In this document: positions 29,523 through 38,957 of the stretch, one piece after another
Layout: each line of letters starts with the position of its first letter
How positions within the stretch are numbered: the first letter of the stretch is position 1
Made by a program: the position numbers and the translations under genes
Assembly: GCA_033549025.1 (NCBI GenBank)
Contig: JAWSUS010000002.1
Location: 32,001 to 96,000 of the forward strand
DNA length: 64,000 bases
Direction: 5' to 3'
Source of the DNA: Desulfuromonadales bacterium
GTDB lineage: Bacteria > Desulfobacterota > Desulfuromonadia > Desulfuromonadales > SZUA-540
Notes under the pieces: generated by a model
Told to the model about the DNA's origin: nothing
Databases searched by the model: none
Seen by the model: only the letters and a program-made list of their open reading frames with translations

Positions 29523-29816
29523 CTACCCCTTGAGAATGTGACGCATGGTCTCGTAGAGGGCATCGTAGACCGCCTCGCGAGTGGAGATAAAGGCGGGGAT
29601 GTCGTTGTTGAGAATATCCTCAAGATGCTCGAGAACCAGCCCGTCATCGGACTGCAGGGCATCCATCACCGCCGTGAACATGGGGAGTACTTCGTACAGA
29701 TCATAGCGGTCAAAGGGCCGAGGATCCGGTTTGCCGTTGAACTTGGGTTGCTCCCGGGTTGCCTTTTTACGGGGATAGCGATACTTCAGGTCCGAGGGTT
29801 TGATCATAACGCCCAT
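29523..29816 (-). CDS. Hypothetical protein
   Basis: 97-aa ORF with SD AAGGAGG, packed between co-oriented genes. Confidence 0.7.
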   Translation of the reverse strand: MGVMIKPSDLKYRYPRKKATREQPKFNGKPDPRPFDRYDLYEVLPMFTAVMDALQSDDGLVLEHLEDILNNDIPAFISTREAVYDALYETMRHILKG

Positions 29817-29834
29817 GGGAAATCCTCCTTGTGG

Positions 29835-30077
29835 TCAGGATCCGCAACCGGAGCAACCGGATTTCTTGCAATGCGGGACAATTTTTGGGGTGAGCCGGTC
29901 AGGATCACCAAGGCAGGCAGCGATGCTTTCGCGCGTCACCTGCCAGACGCCGTCGATTTCCTGGCCGGAAAGCAGGTTCTGTTTGAGCATCATCAGGATA
30001 CGCACCGGGGTGGTGTTCAGTTCCCGGGCGGCTTGAGCCACGGTCAGCCGGGAAGACGGACAGGATGTTTCGGTCAT
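29835..30077 (-). CDS. Small HTH (excisionase/MerR-like) protein with Cys-rich tail
   Basis: LTVAQAARELNTT...G..IDGVWQVTRES; tail HCKKSGCSGCGS; SD AAGGAG. Confidence 0.7.
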   Translation of the reverse strand: MTETSCPSSRLTVAQAARELNTTPVRILMMLKQNLLSGQEIDGVWQVTRESIAACLGDPDRLTPKIVPHCKKSGCSGCGS

Positions 30078-30100
30078 GGGTTATCTCCTTGTCAGGTGCT

Positions 30101-30174
30101 AAAAAAAAGCCTGCACGAAACCACAAAGGTCTCTGCAGGCGCCATTGCCTGTATCTCCGTTCGCCTTGACCGGA
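30101..30174 (-). promoter_or_regulatory. ANTAR hairpin overlapping an intrinsic terminator downstream of draG
   Basis: GGC-AATGGC-GCC overlaps GCCTGCA...TGCAGGC-T8; imperfect upstream hairpin TCCG-GTCAAGGCGAA-CGGA. Confidence 0.78.
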
Positions 30175-30205
30175 CTATTTTTCGAAGGAACCAGGGGGGG
30201 GCGGA

Positions 30206-31120
30206 CTAAAATCCCCGCTGGGCCAGAGGGGAGAGCAGCGTGAGTTTTTTGGCCTTCTCTTCCACCTCCATACGGGTGGCACGATCGAGCTGTTTAAGCC
30301 ACCTGGCGGGAATCGAGGTGGGCCCGTAGAAGGCTCCGGCGATCATGCCCGCGATAGCTCCCGTGGTGTCGGCATCCCCTCCCTGGTTGACCACGCCGAT
30401 CAGGCAGTCCTCAAAGGTGGCGGTGGTGAAGAGATAGTGGAACACCGTCTGCATCGTCTCCACCACATAGCCGCTGGCGCGTCCTCGGTAGGTACTGAAA
30501 CGGAAGGTGGGGAACTCGCTGCAGAGCTGCTGGGTTTCTCCGTGCATCTCAAAGCGGTCGGCCCCGAGCAAGGCATTCTGTACCATCCGGCCGGCAGCCA
30601 GGCACGCCGCGTCAGACAGCGGGTGGTGGTGAGTCAGATGGGCCTGTTCCAGGGTGCAGCGCCGAAACAGATCCTCGTCACCCAGGGTGTAGAGCGCGAC
30701 CGGAGCCATTCTCATCACCGCCCCGTTTCCGGCGTCCCAATCATTCTGCGGTCGCTGGATGGTGCCGTTGAGCATATAATCCCGGATCCCCTTACGCACC
30801 GTGGCGCCGATGTCCACCGGCTTGCCACGCATCCAGGCAACGAATTGGTCGGCAATTCCCGTCAGGTCCCAGGTCCCCGCTTCTTCGATGGCCCGGGCGA
30901 TACACAGGGACATCTCCGTATCGTCCGTCACCTGCCCCGCCTTGAGGCCGAGCCAGCCACCGCCAATAATTTTACGGTGCACCCCGTATCGGTGGGTGAT
31001 CTCCGCCGGGGTCATGAACTCGGTGGTAGCGCCCAGGGCGTCACCAATGGCCACCCCCAGAAAAGCCCCTCTGGCCCTCTCCAGGATCGCCTCCATGGCA
31101 CGGCTGCTCTGTTCCGTCAT
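30206..31120 (-). CDS. draG: ADP-ribosyl-[dinitrogenase reductase] glycohydrolase
   Basis: GDALGATTEFM, GGGWLGL, VTDDTEMS, PVDIGAT, AGNGAVMR, THHHPLSD, GGDADTTGA. Confidence 0.95.
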   Translation of the reverse strand: MTEQSSRAMEAILERARGAFLGVAIGDALGATTEFMTPAEITHRYGVHRKIIGGGWLGLKAGQVTDDTEMSLCIARAIEEAGTWDLTGIADQFVAWMRGKPVDIGATVRKGIRDYMLNGTIQRPQNDWDAGNGAVMRMAPVALYTLGDEDLFRRCTLEQAHLTHHHPLSDAACLAAGRMVQNALLGADRFEMHGETQQLCSEFPTFRFSTYRGRASGYVVETMQTVFHYLFTTATFEDCLIGVVNQGGDADTTGAIAGMIAGAFYGPTSIPARWLKQLDRATRMEVEEKAKKLTLLSPLAQRGF

Positions 31121-31132
31121 GCGCTCCCCTGT

Positions 31133-31933
31133 TCAGCCGCCGGTAAGAATCTTGATCTCAAAGTCCCCGCCGATGACCAGGACTTCTTCTTCGCCCTTAA
31201 GCAGCGCCCTGGGAAGCAGATCACACCGGAAAAAGATTTTGGGCGTCGGCACCTCGACCTGCATGACCCGTGTACCAAACTCCCAGGCCCGCTCAAAATC
31301 GGTGGTGAAAGAGGTCAGGTTGTTCAACCGGATCAAATGCCGGTTCTTGCCCAGGGGCTTGAGAATGCGCTGCTCCGAAAAATCCTGTACGCCGCGAAAG
31401 AGGGTGCAGTGCCCCAGCCCGCCTTTTTCCCTCTCCAGCTCATATTGACTGAACTCATAGAGCAGGTCGAGCTGAAGCAACAGAGCGCTGGTGCGCGCCG
31501 AGCCCTTCATGCGCTCGGTCAGGTAACGGAAATAGGCCTCGCCATGGATATCCTCGATCGGCCCCTTGTGATACGTGGGAGGCAGACCGATGCGACTTTC
31601 CACCCAGCCTTTGAGAACGGCCCCTTCGATGGAGTTGGCGTCGAACATCCATCCCCGCAGAAAACGCAGATAGCTGTTTTTCAGGCTCTTACGTCCTCTT
31701 TCCGTCGCCTGTTGCTCCCATTGATGCAGCTGAAAGCTGACATCCATGTAGTCATGAAACTGCAGGCCGCGCTCTTCCCGGGTTTCCAGACAAGCCAACT
31801 GGTCAAAGAGCAGCCGGTGCGCCGCGCGCACTCCCTGAATCTCCAGCCGCTGCGGATGGCTGTTAAAAGCTGGGGAGGCGATCACCCAAGGAGGCAAATT
31901 GCACCGATTGATGGCTGCGGACGAAAAAGCCAC
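31133..31933 (-). CDS. draT: NAD(+)-dinitrogenase reductase ADP-ribosyltransferase
   Basis: NRCNLPPW, SYLRFLRGWMFD, EGAVLKGWVESR.GL, QLDLLYE, RLNNL.SF, LKGEEE.LVIGG; GTG start at 31933 (SD GGGAG). Confidence 0.93.
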   Translation of the reverse strand: MAFSSAAINRCNLPPWVIASPAFNSHPQRLEIQGVRAAHRLLFDQLACLETREERGLQFHDYMDVSFQLHQWEQQATERGRKSLKNSYLRFLRGWMFDANSIEGAVLKGWVESRIGLPPTYHKGPIEDIHGEAYFRYLTERMKGSARTSALLLQLDLLYEFSQYELEREKGGLGHCTLFRGVQDFSEQRILKPLGKNRHLIRLNNLTSFTTDFERAWEFGTRVMQVEVPTPKIFFRCDLLPRALLKGEEEVLVIGGDFEIKILTGG

Positions 31934-32132
31934 GGAACGCTCCCATGCGATAAAAAAACAGCCAGCAGCTGCTGATCCTTTAATCACTGTGACCCTGAAA
32001 AACCTTGGACATCGCCTTTTAAGGGCGTTTTTGGACCACGGAGGGAAACATCTTCAAGAGCTGTGCCTTTTAAAAGGGAATATCGATATTAAATCTCCTC
32101 ATGCCCTTGGAACATAACTTTTGTTCGCCTTC

Positions 32133-32188
32133 AAAAACAAGAAAAGCGGCTGACCGGATTCCTCAGGGAGAAGAACTCGGCCAGCCGC
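32133..32188 (-). terminator. Intrinsic terminator closing the ext operon
   Basis: GCGGCTGGCCG...CGGTCAGCCGC followed by TTTTCTTGTTTTT. Confidence 0.7.
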
Positions 32189-32227
32189 GCATGGCAAGTG
32201 CCAATATCAGGAGGCTTCAGCCAGCGT

Positions 32228-32320
32228 TTAACGTTTGCTGACCTTCGTTTTTGCCCTCTTCCCAGCAAAAGCCACGCTGGAGGACAACATAGCGATGATG
32301 GTTAGTATGAGCCGTTTTCT
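32228..32320 (-). pseudogene. Degenerate remnant of a small exported protein gene (extJ position)
   Basis: SD AAGGAG, then RKRLILTIIAMLSSSVAFA-GKRAKTKVSKR-stop: a signal-peptide-like sequence with no start codon and an early stop, directly after extI. Confidence 0.5.
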
Positions 32321-32358
32321 TGCTGGTGTTTCTCCTTTTGTGCCGGAGTTACCAGAGG

Positions 32359-33543
32359 TTAAAAAATGAGCTGCAGCTGTGCGGTCAGGGTGTTGATATC
32401 TTCGGTCTTCAGGTCGTTGACACCGAAGGTGCCTTCCTTGTCAAAGTCAACGACAGAATATTCCACCGTCAGCTTAAGACTCTGGCCACGGAAATAGTAG
32501 TTGACCCCGCCCGCGTAGGCGGTGATTTCCTGGTCGTAGATGTTATTCAGGCTGGCGAAGGACCACTGCTCATAGCGTCCGAAAAATTGCAGGGGAGTGT
32601 TGGGCAGCATGTAGCCGGCCTTGGTGTAACCACCGTTCTTCTGGCCATTGATGCCGGTGAGGCCGGCGGCGGTGTTGGCCTGATAGGCGTCGTCGAGGTC
32701 GTAATCGACATAGGCGGCGGACAGGGTGAAGGTGCCGACCTCTTCAATGGGGTACTCGAAGAAGCCGTCCACGGTCCAGGCGCTGTAATCGACGGATCCG
32801 CTGCCGGGAGCTTCGTACTCGACGTCAGACTCGAACTGGTAGGCTGCGCCCAGGGTAAGCACCCTCTTCTCGCCCAGGTAGGTGCCTTTGTAGCCGTAGC
32901 CGGTCTCTTTGTCGAGCAGGCTTACGTGACCTCGGGCGCTGTAGCGCAGGTTCGATTTGGGGGTGGAGTCGTTGTCGTTGCGGCCGTTCATGGCGTCAAG
33001 GCGGTACTGGAACATGCCGTCGGCCAGATTGCCCCACAGGGCCACCCCTTTGTCGCGGGTGCTGACGTAGGGAGCGCGGATGAAGTTGGAACGGTCGAGA
33101 GTCAGCGGCATTTCGCAGGCTTCGAGGTTTTCCCGGGTCAGGCTGTACTTGAATTTACCGACCCAGACGTTGACCTGCTCGTTGAGCTTGAAGCGCATGA
33201 CGGCATCGAGAATCTGAAAATCGGAATTTTCGCCATCGGTCACAGCCAGAGTGCCGATGTTGTTGTCCTCATTGAATTCGGTCTGTACATACAGCCCGAA
33301 GTTGGAACCGTAAGCGCCCATAAAGGCGAGGCGATTGCGGCGGAAGTTGAATTCGGTGGCGGCTTCGTCGTTGTCCTCGCCGGCGCCGGTGTCACGATGA
33401 GACAATTGGAACTGCCCTTTGTATTCAAACTTTAGCAATCCCTTGTCTTCGGGACCAAACTGCCAGGTCGGTCCGGCCAGGGCACTGGTAGCCAACAGCA
33501 TCCCGGCCAGGGCGCCCACGACGCCTGTTTTAATCCATTTCAT
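32359..33543 (-). CDS. extI: Outer-membrane porin, ExtI-like (OprP/OprO-related)
   Basis: Signal peptide; FGPEDKG..YKGQFQ, FRRNRLA, TRENLEACE.PLTLDRS, C-terminal QLQLIF; follows extH. Confidence 0.8.
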   Translation of the reverse strand: MKWIKTGVVGALAGMLLATSALAGPTWQFGPEDKGLLKFEYKGQFQLSHRDTGAGEDNDEAATEFNFRRNRLAFMGAYGSNFGLYVQTEFNEDNNIGTLAVTDGENSDFQILDAVMRFKLNEQVNVWVGKFKYSLTRENLEACEMPLTLDRSNFIRAPYVSTRDKGVALWGNLADGMFQYRLDAMNGRNDNDSTPKSNLRYSARGHVSLLDKETGYGYKGTYLGEKRVLTLGAAYQFESDVEYEAPGSGSVDYSAWTVDGFFEYPIEEVGTFTLSAAYVDYDLDDAYQANTAAGLTGINGQKNGGYTKAGYMLPNTPLQFFGRYEQWSFASLNNIYDQEITAYAGGVNYYFRGQSLKLTVEYSVVDFDKEGTFGVNDLKTEDINTLTAQLQLIF

Positions 33544-33610
33544 AGGTCACTCCTTATTTAGGGTCGCGGTCACCGCATTCCGGTGACCGCGTGTCTGTTA
33601 TGTTGGATGA

Positions 33611-35599
33611 TCAGCAACCACCGCCGGTCGGGACGAAGGGGGTCGGTGCACTACCACCGCCGCCACCAGTCGAACCACGATAGGCTTCATCCTCCTTGCG
33701 GATTTCATTCCCATCCCCGTTGTAATCCGGGTAAGTTTCCACCGTAGGCCAGTTCACGCCTGGGATATAGGTCTTCTTCTGGAGGTAGCTGTCGGAGTCA
33801 CTGCCGTCCGTATCTGTTCCGTTGTCGTTCAGGATCGATGTCGGTCGGAAAATGACACTCTCCGAGCGGCTTACGGTATCCCAGGTCGGGTTGCCTGAAA
33901 GGGCGCCGCCGAGTTTGATGGAAGTGCCCACATCATTCCCGTTAGCGGCATCGACGAACCATCCGGAGTTCTCGTCCCACTGGAAATAACTGTTTTTGTC
34001 CGCAAAAATGACCGCGGAGGGGATTCCCCCTGGGTAGGAGGGGAAGGTCGTGTAGGCGTCGTTCTTGATATAGGTGTCATCGGCGGGCTCATAGGCCGTC
34101 ATGACCGCCCATTCGTTCCAGGACCCATCATAGGTACGTACATCTTCAAAGCCGCAGACCTCCTGCAGGGCAAAAGCGTAGACGGATGCCAGGGCGCCTG
34201 AGTTGCAGTAGACGACAATCGGCTTGGTCCCATCAATTCCCGCCGCTGCGAAGGCATTGATCAGGGTTTCTTTGTCGGCGTATTTTGTGGATCCTGCAGT
34301 GCCTCCCGGGCCGATCGCTTCAGTAACCACGGGTACAGTGATGTTCCACTGAGGGCCGCCGTTTTTGACTAGTTTGGCCCCTTTTATCTTCCCTTCAAAG
34401 GCTGCGGGCTTGGCGCCCAGGGGAATGACCACCATTCCTTTGGTCGGGTCCGTATCATCCTTCCACTGGAAACGAATCCATGGGGACCCCGCCGCAGGAT
34501 CAAAGGGAAGGGGGTTTTCCATGCTGAAAGAAGGAATCCGTTGCACAGTCAGATTCGGATCATTGAAAAGCATCGCACTCAGGGTCAACTCCCGCATCGA
34601 AGAATCGGTGAACAGCTTTGTCACATCGCTGTAGGCATAACCCGAAACCTCGAAAATATCCGGAGCGCCGTTCCCGTTCGCATCGGTCAAATAAAAGGGG
34701 GTGGGAGGCTGTCTGGCATCGAGTACCACAACTTTTGCCGGATCGTCATCGGGAAGGGAGGTGCGGCCGCTGTCCACCATGTCAATCAATTCGCCGATAC
34801 TGATGCGCACGTCAAAGAAGCGCTTGGGCAATTCCATGACGCTGAAATCTGAAGGGGTCACATTGGCCAAGGTGACGACTCCCTTTTCCAGGGGAGCCTC
34901 GGTAGGATGGTTGGCTTTCATGTACATGGCGTAAGCACGATTGCCACCATCCAGAATGCGGATATTCTTTTTGGCAAAACCCCAGTAGCGCAGCGTCCAC
35001 CACAATCTTGAAGAACAGAATCCGGGATAGTCCTGGCGGGCCGTCGTCATGACAAGGACATCGTCTTTGGTGATGCCATAGCGCTGCAGCATCTGATCGA
35101 TGAGGGAACCTGTCCCGACTTCGTGGTCAGCGAGAAGAGGACCGTCGTTGCGGGGTGTTACCTCATAGCCTTCATGGGAGACGCTGGGCAGAGCGCCAGG
35201 TATGTGCCCCAGGACTCCGGCTGCATCGAGTTTGGCGATCATTATGTACTGAGGGGCATCGACGCCGTACTGGGCCGCCATGTTAGTCCTTATCTTGTCG
35301 GCATCCCCGGCCATCCAGCTTTCGACATCAGAATAGGGGAAAACACCCGAGGGGTTGGGTAAGCAATCTAATATCACCACCCGATTTCCTTCTTCCGTTT
35401 TATAACCATTATCAATCCAGCTTTTCAAAGTCTCTGGTTCAATAAGGGCATTTGCTGTCGCATCATCCTTATAATATTCGGCATCCGGATCATCATAACT
35501 GTCCGTGCTGCAACCCGTCAGGCCCACAGCGGCGGCCAGCAGCAGAGCCATAAGCCATGCCACCATTTTTCCGCTCTCTTTTACGCCTCCATACTTCAT
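33611..35599 (-). CDS. extH: Multi-rhodanese lipoprotein, ExtH-like
   Basis: Lipobox LTGC, GHIPGA, RLWWTLRYWGF, ILDGG, YCNSG, YDGSWNEW, C-terminal GGGC. Confidence 0.78.
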   Translation of the reverse strand: MKYGGVKESGKMVAWLMALLLAAAVGLTGCSTDSYDDPDAEYYKDDATANALIEPETLKSWIDNGYKTEEGNRVVILDCLPNPSGVFPYSDVESWMAGDADKIRTNMAAQYGVDAPQYIMIAKLDAAGVLGHIPGALPSVSHEGYEVTPRNDGPLLADHEVGTGSLIDQMLQRYGITKDDVLVMTTARQDYPGFCSSRLWWTLRYWGFAKKNIRILDGGNRAYAMYMKANHPTEAPLEKGVVTLANVTPSDFSVMELPKRFFDVRISIGELIDMVDSGRTSLPDDDPAKVVVLDARQPPTPFYLTDANGNGAPDIFEVSGYAYSDVTKLFTDSSMRELTLSAMLFNDPNLTVQRIPSFSMENPLPFDPAAGSPWIRFQWKDDTDPTKGMVVIPLGAKPAAFEGKIKGAKLVKNGGPQWNITVPVVTEAIGPGGTAGSTKYADKETLINAFAAAGIDGTKPIVVYCNSGALASVYAFALQEVCGFEDVRTYDGSWNEWAVMTAYEPADDTYIKNDAYTTFPSYPGGIPSAVIFADKNSYFQWDENSGWFVDAANGNDVGTSIKLGGALSGNPTWDTVSRSESVIFRPTSILNDNGTDTDGSDSDSYLQKKTYIPGVNWPTVETYPDYNGDGNEIRKEDEAYRGSTGGGGGSAPTPFVPTGGGC

Positions 35600-35771
35600 T
35601 TCTGCCTCCTCGATTGGTTGGGATGATTCCCCTTGTCCGAAAAGTTCGACGGCCAGGCTGATCGCAAGCGTCTACGCTAAATAACGGAGCAACCCACTAA
35701 CTTCGCCCATAAATCAATTGAACTTTAAGGGGTTTTTGGCCTAGTATGAAGCGAGTAATTTTCATGACATT

Positions 35772-35786
35772 ATGCGTCTGACGCAT
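35772..35786. promoter_or_regulatory. Putative LysR box (T-N11-A palindrome)
   Basis: ATGCGTCTGACGCAT between the divergent extH and lysR genes. Confidence 0.55.
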
Positions 35787-35802
35787 GACCCGAGGCACCC
35801 TG

Positions 35803-36720
35803 ATGGAATCGACCTACCTGAAGACCCTGCTTGAAGTCGTTCGCACCGGAAGTCTGACCAAGGCTGCCGACACCCTGTGCGTAACCCAGTCCGCCATATC
35901 CCGGCGCATCAAGTTCATGGAAGAACAATACGGCTACGAACTTATCGACCGCTCCGGCCCCGTGTTGACGCCGACCGCCGTGGGTGAGCTGGTGGTGGAT
36001 AAAGCACGCAAAATTCTGGAGATCGAGCAGGAACTCTTTTCCGGCCTGGGCCTGCTTAAAAGCAAAAAAGCCCTCGCCTTTGTCTGCACGCCCACCTTTG
36101 GAATCATTTATCTTCCTGAGATCATGAGAGATTTCATCCTCTCCAATCCGGATACGGGAGATCTGAAATTTGGTCTGGAAATGCCAGAGACTATTGTGAA
36201 GGGATTAAAGGAAGGCGCCTATGAGATGGCTGTAGTGGAGCATTGCCAGTGCTTCGACCTGGCCGACTTTGAAACTATTCCCCTGCCCGGGGACGAGATG
36301 GTCTTCGCCGTCTCCTCCAAGTTGAACCTGGCAGGACCGCAGGCATCTCTCGACGATCTCTTTGAGCACACCCTCTACTCCCGCAGCGAGGGCTGCTGTT
36401 CGCGGACGCTGCTGGAAAACAATCTGAACAACATGGGTATGGATATCGGCAGGTTTAATCGAACGGTGATTTACGATGACGTGCATATCATTGTCGATGC
36501 CCTGATTCGGGGCGAAGGGGTGGGTTTCATCTCCACCGACCTGATCCGTTCCCATGTCAAAGAAGGAAGACTTCAGGAATTACGGGTGGAGGGTTTCATC
36601 CATCAGCGCAATCGTACCTTCATCCACAGCGGCTGCCTGCCTGAATGCAATGCCGGCAGAGCGTTTGTGCGTGCCATAATGGCCCATTTCAACCTGGAAC
36701 TGCCCTGCCCTCCTCTTTGA
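35803..36720 (+). CDS. LysR family transcriptional regulator
   Basis: GSLTKAADTLCVTQSAISRRIKFME HTH; Cys-containing sensor motifs EHCQC and GCCSR. Confidence 0.92.
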   Translation: MESTYLKTLLEVVRTGSLTKAADTLCVTQSAISRRIKFMEEQYGYELIDRSGPVLTPTAVGELVVDKARKILEIEQELFSGLGLLKSKKALAFVCTPTFGIIYLPEIMRDFILSNPDTGDLKFGLEMPETIVKGLKEGAYEMAVVEHCQCFDLADFETIPLPGDEMVFAVSSKLNLAGPQASLDDLFEHTLYSRSEGCCSRTLLENNLNNMGMDIGRFNRTVIYDDVHIIVDALIRGEGVGFISTDLIRSHVKEGRLQELRVEGFIHQRNRTFIHSGCLPECNAGRAFVRAIMAHFNLELPCPPL

Positions 36721-36874
36721 AGAACATCATCCCAGACCGAAGCTCAGCAGCTGACCATAACCGGGCAGCAGTCTCACGCCCTGCTTGCGGCAGAATTCAA
36801 CGCAGATCCCGCATCCCGTACCCCCCTGACAGCTTGAGTTCATCATTTTTTTGTCCTTTGTTGATAAAAACAGG

Positions 36875-36903
36875 TTGACTCCATCCGCCTATGCGGATAC
36901 TTT
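36875..36903 (+). promoter_or_regulatory. sigma70 promoter of arsR with overlapping operator palindrome
   Basis: TTGACT-N17-TACTTT; operator CATCCGCCTATGCGGAT at 36882-36898. Confidence 0.75.
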
Positions 36904-36909
36904 CTTCCT

Positions 36910-37239
36910 ATGAAACAAACAGCCAAACAATTCAAGGCCCTCTCCGACGAAACGCGGCTGCGCATTCTTTCCCTGCTGGGTGCTGGTGAACTGTGCGTCT
37001 GCGATCTCATGGCTGTTCTCGAGCTGCCCCAGTCGACGGTTTCACGCCATCTAGCCACCCTGCGCAATGCGACCCTAGTGGAGGACCGTCGCCAGGGGGT
37101 ATGGATGTACTACCGTCTGACGGTCGATGACAGCTTTCTGCTTGGATTGTTGGAAAAACTGGCCATCACTCCGCAGGGGAAAACGGATCGAGCCGCCCTG
37201 CAGGACTTTCTGACCAAAAAAAACACGGGCTGCACCTGA
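36910..37239 (+). CDS. arsR: ArsR family As(III)-responsive repressor
   Basis: FKALSDETRLRIL, ELCVCDL, QSTVSRHL, G.WMYY. Confidence 0.95.
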   Translation: MKQTAKQFKALSDETRLRILSLLGAGELCVCDLMAVLELPQSTVSRHLATLRNATLVEDRRQGVWMYYRLTVDDSFLLGLLEKLAITPQGKTDRAALQDFLTKKNTGCT

Positions 37240-37255
37240 TTTTTTTGAGGTTAAG

Positions 37256-37272
37256 CATCCGCCTATGCGGAT
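37256..37272. promoter_or_regulatory. Second identical ArsR operator upstream of arsC
   Basis: Exact copy CATCCGCCTATGCGGAT of 36882-36898. Confidence 0.75.
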
Positions 37273-37316
37273 TTTAGGCACGCTCTATGTCCTTTACTCA
37301 CGGAAGGGAAATCCCT

Positions 37317-37727
37317 GTGAAGAAAAAAGTACTCTTTCTCTGCACCCACAATTCCTGTCGCTCCCAGATGGCCGAAGGACTGGTCAATCACGACCTCGGC
37401 GACCGCATCACCGCTTTTTCCGCCGGCACTGAAGCGACCCGGGTCAATCCGCTGGCCGCCAAGGTCATGGCGGAGATCGGCATAGATCTCTCCGGCCACT
37501 CCTCCAAGACGCTGGATCAATTCGCCACCGAATCTTTCGACTACGTCATCACCCTGTGCGGCGACGCCAACGAAAAGTGTCCCCTCTTTTTCGGCGGCGT
37601 TAAGCGAATCCACATGGGTTTCGAAGATCCTTCCCGCCTCCCCGGCAGCGAAGAGGACGTTCTCCCTGAGTATCGCCGGGTTCGGGATGAGATCCGCCAG
37701 GTCATGCAGGAATTTTTCACCACGTAG
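37317..37727 (+). CDS. arsC: Thioredoxin-dependent arsenate reductase (LMWP type)
   Basis: LCTHNSCRSQMAEG, SAGT, TLCGDANEKCP, FEDP; GTG start. Confidence 0.93.
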   Translation: MKKKVLFLCTHNSCRSQMAEGLVNHDLGDRITAFSAGTEATRVNPLAAKVMAEIGIDLSGHSSKTLDQFATESFDYVITLCGDANEKCPLFFGGVKRIHMGFEDPSRLPGSEEDVLPEYRRVRDEIRQVMQEFFTT

Positions 37728-37831
37728 GGGCGTGATTCATCACGCCGCTTGTTGCGCCCCCCTACGCATCGGCATCATCAGCCGGCACAGGGCGCAATCA
37801 AACACCTGGGCGCCATGAATGGCGCCCCTAC
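37724..37831. repeat. GTAG-family REP cluster between arsC and acr3
   Basis: GTAGGGGCGTGATTCATCACGCC ... GGGCGCCATGAATGGCGCCCCTAC; the first GTAG provides the arsC TAG stop. Confidence 0.8.
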
Positions 37832-37844
37832 AAGGGTTCATTTT

Positions 37845-38903
<1,059 letters not shown>

Positions 38904-38957
38904 TTTTCCGACCGGCAGTTTTTGCCGCCACAACCCCCTTCCCTGACGAGACACTTT

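Noticed and set aside
31940..32000. ANTAR attenuator in the draT leader
   Set aside because: A T7 tract follows only a weak 4-bp stem, and no convincing A1/G4 hexaloop hairpin is present.
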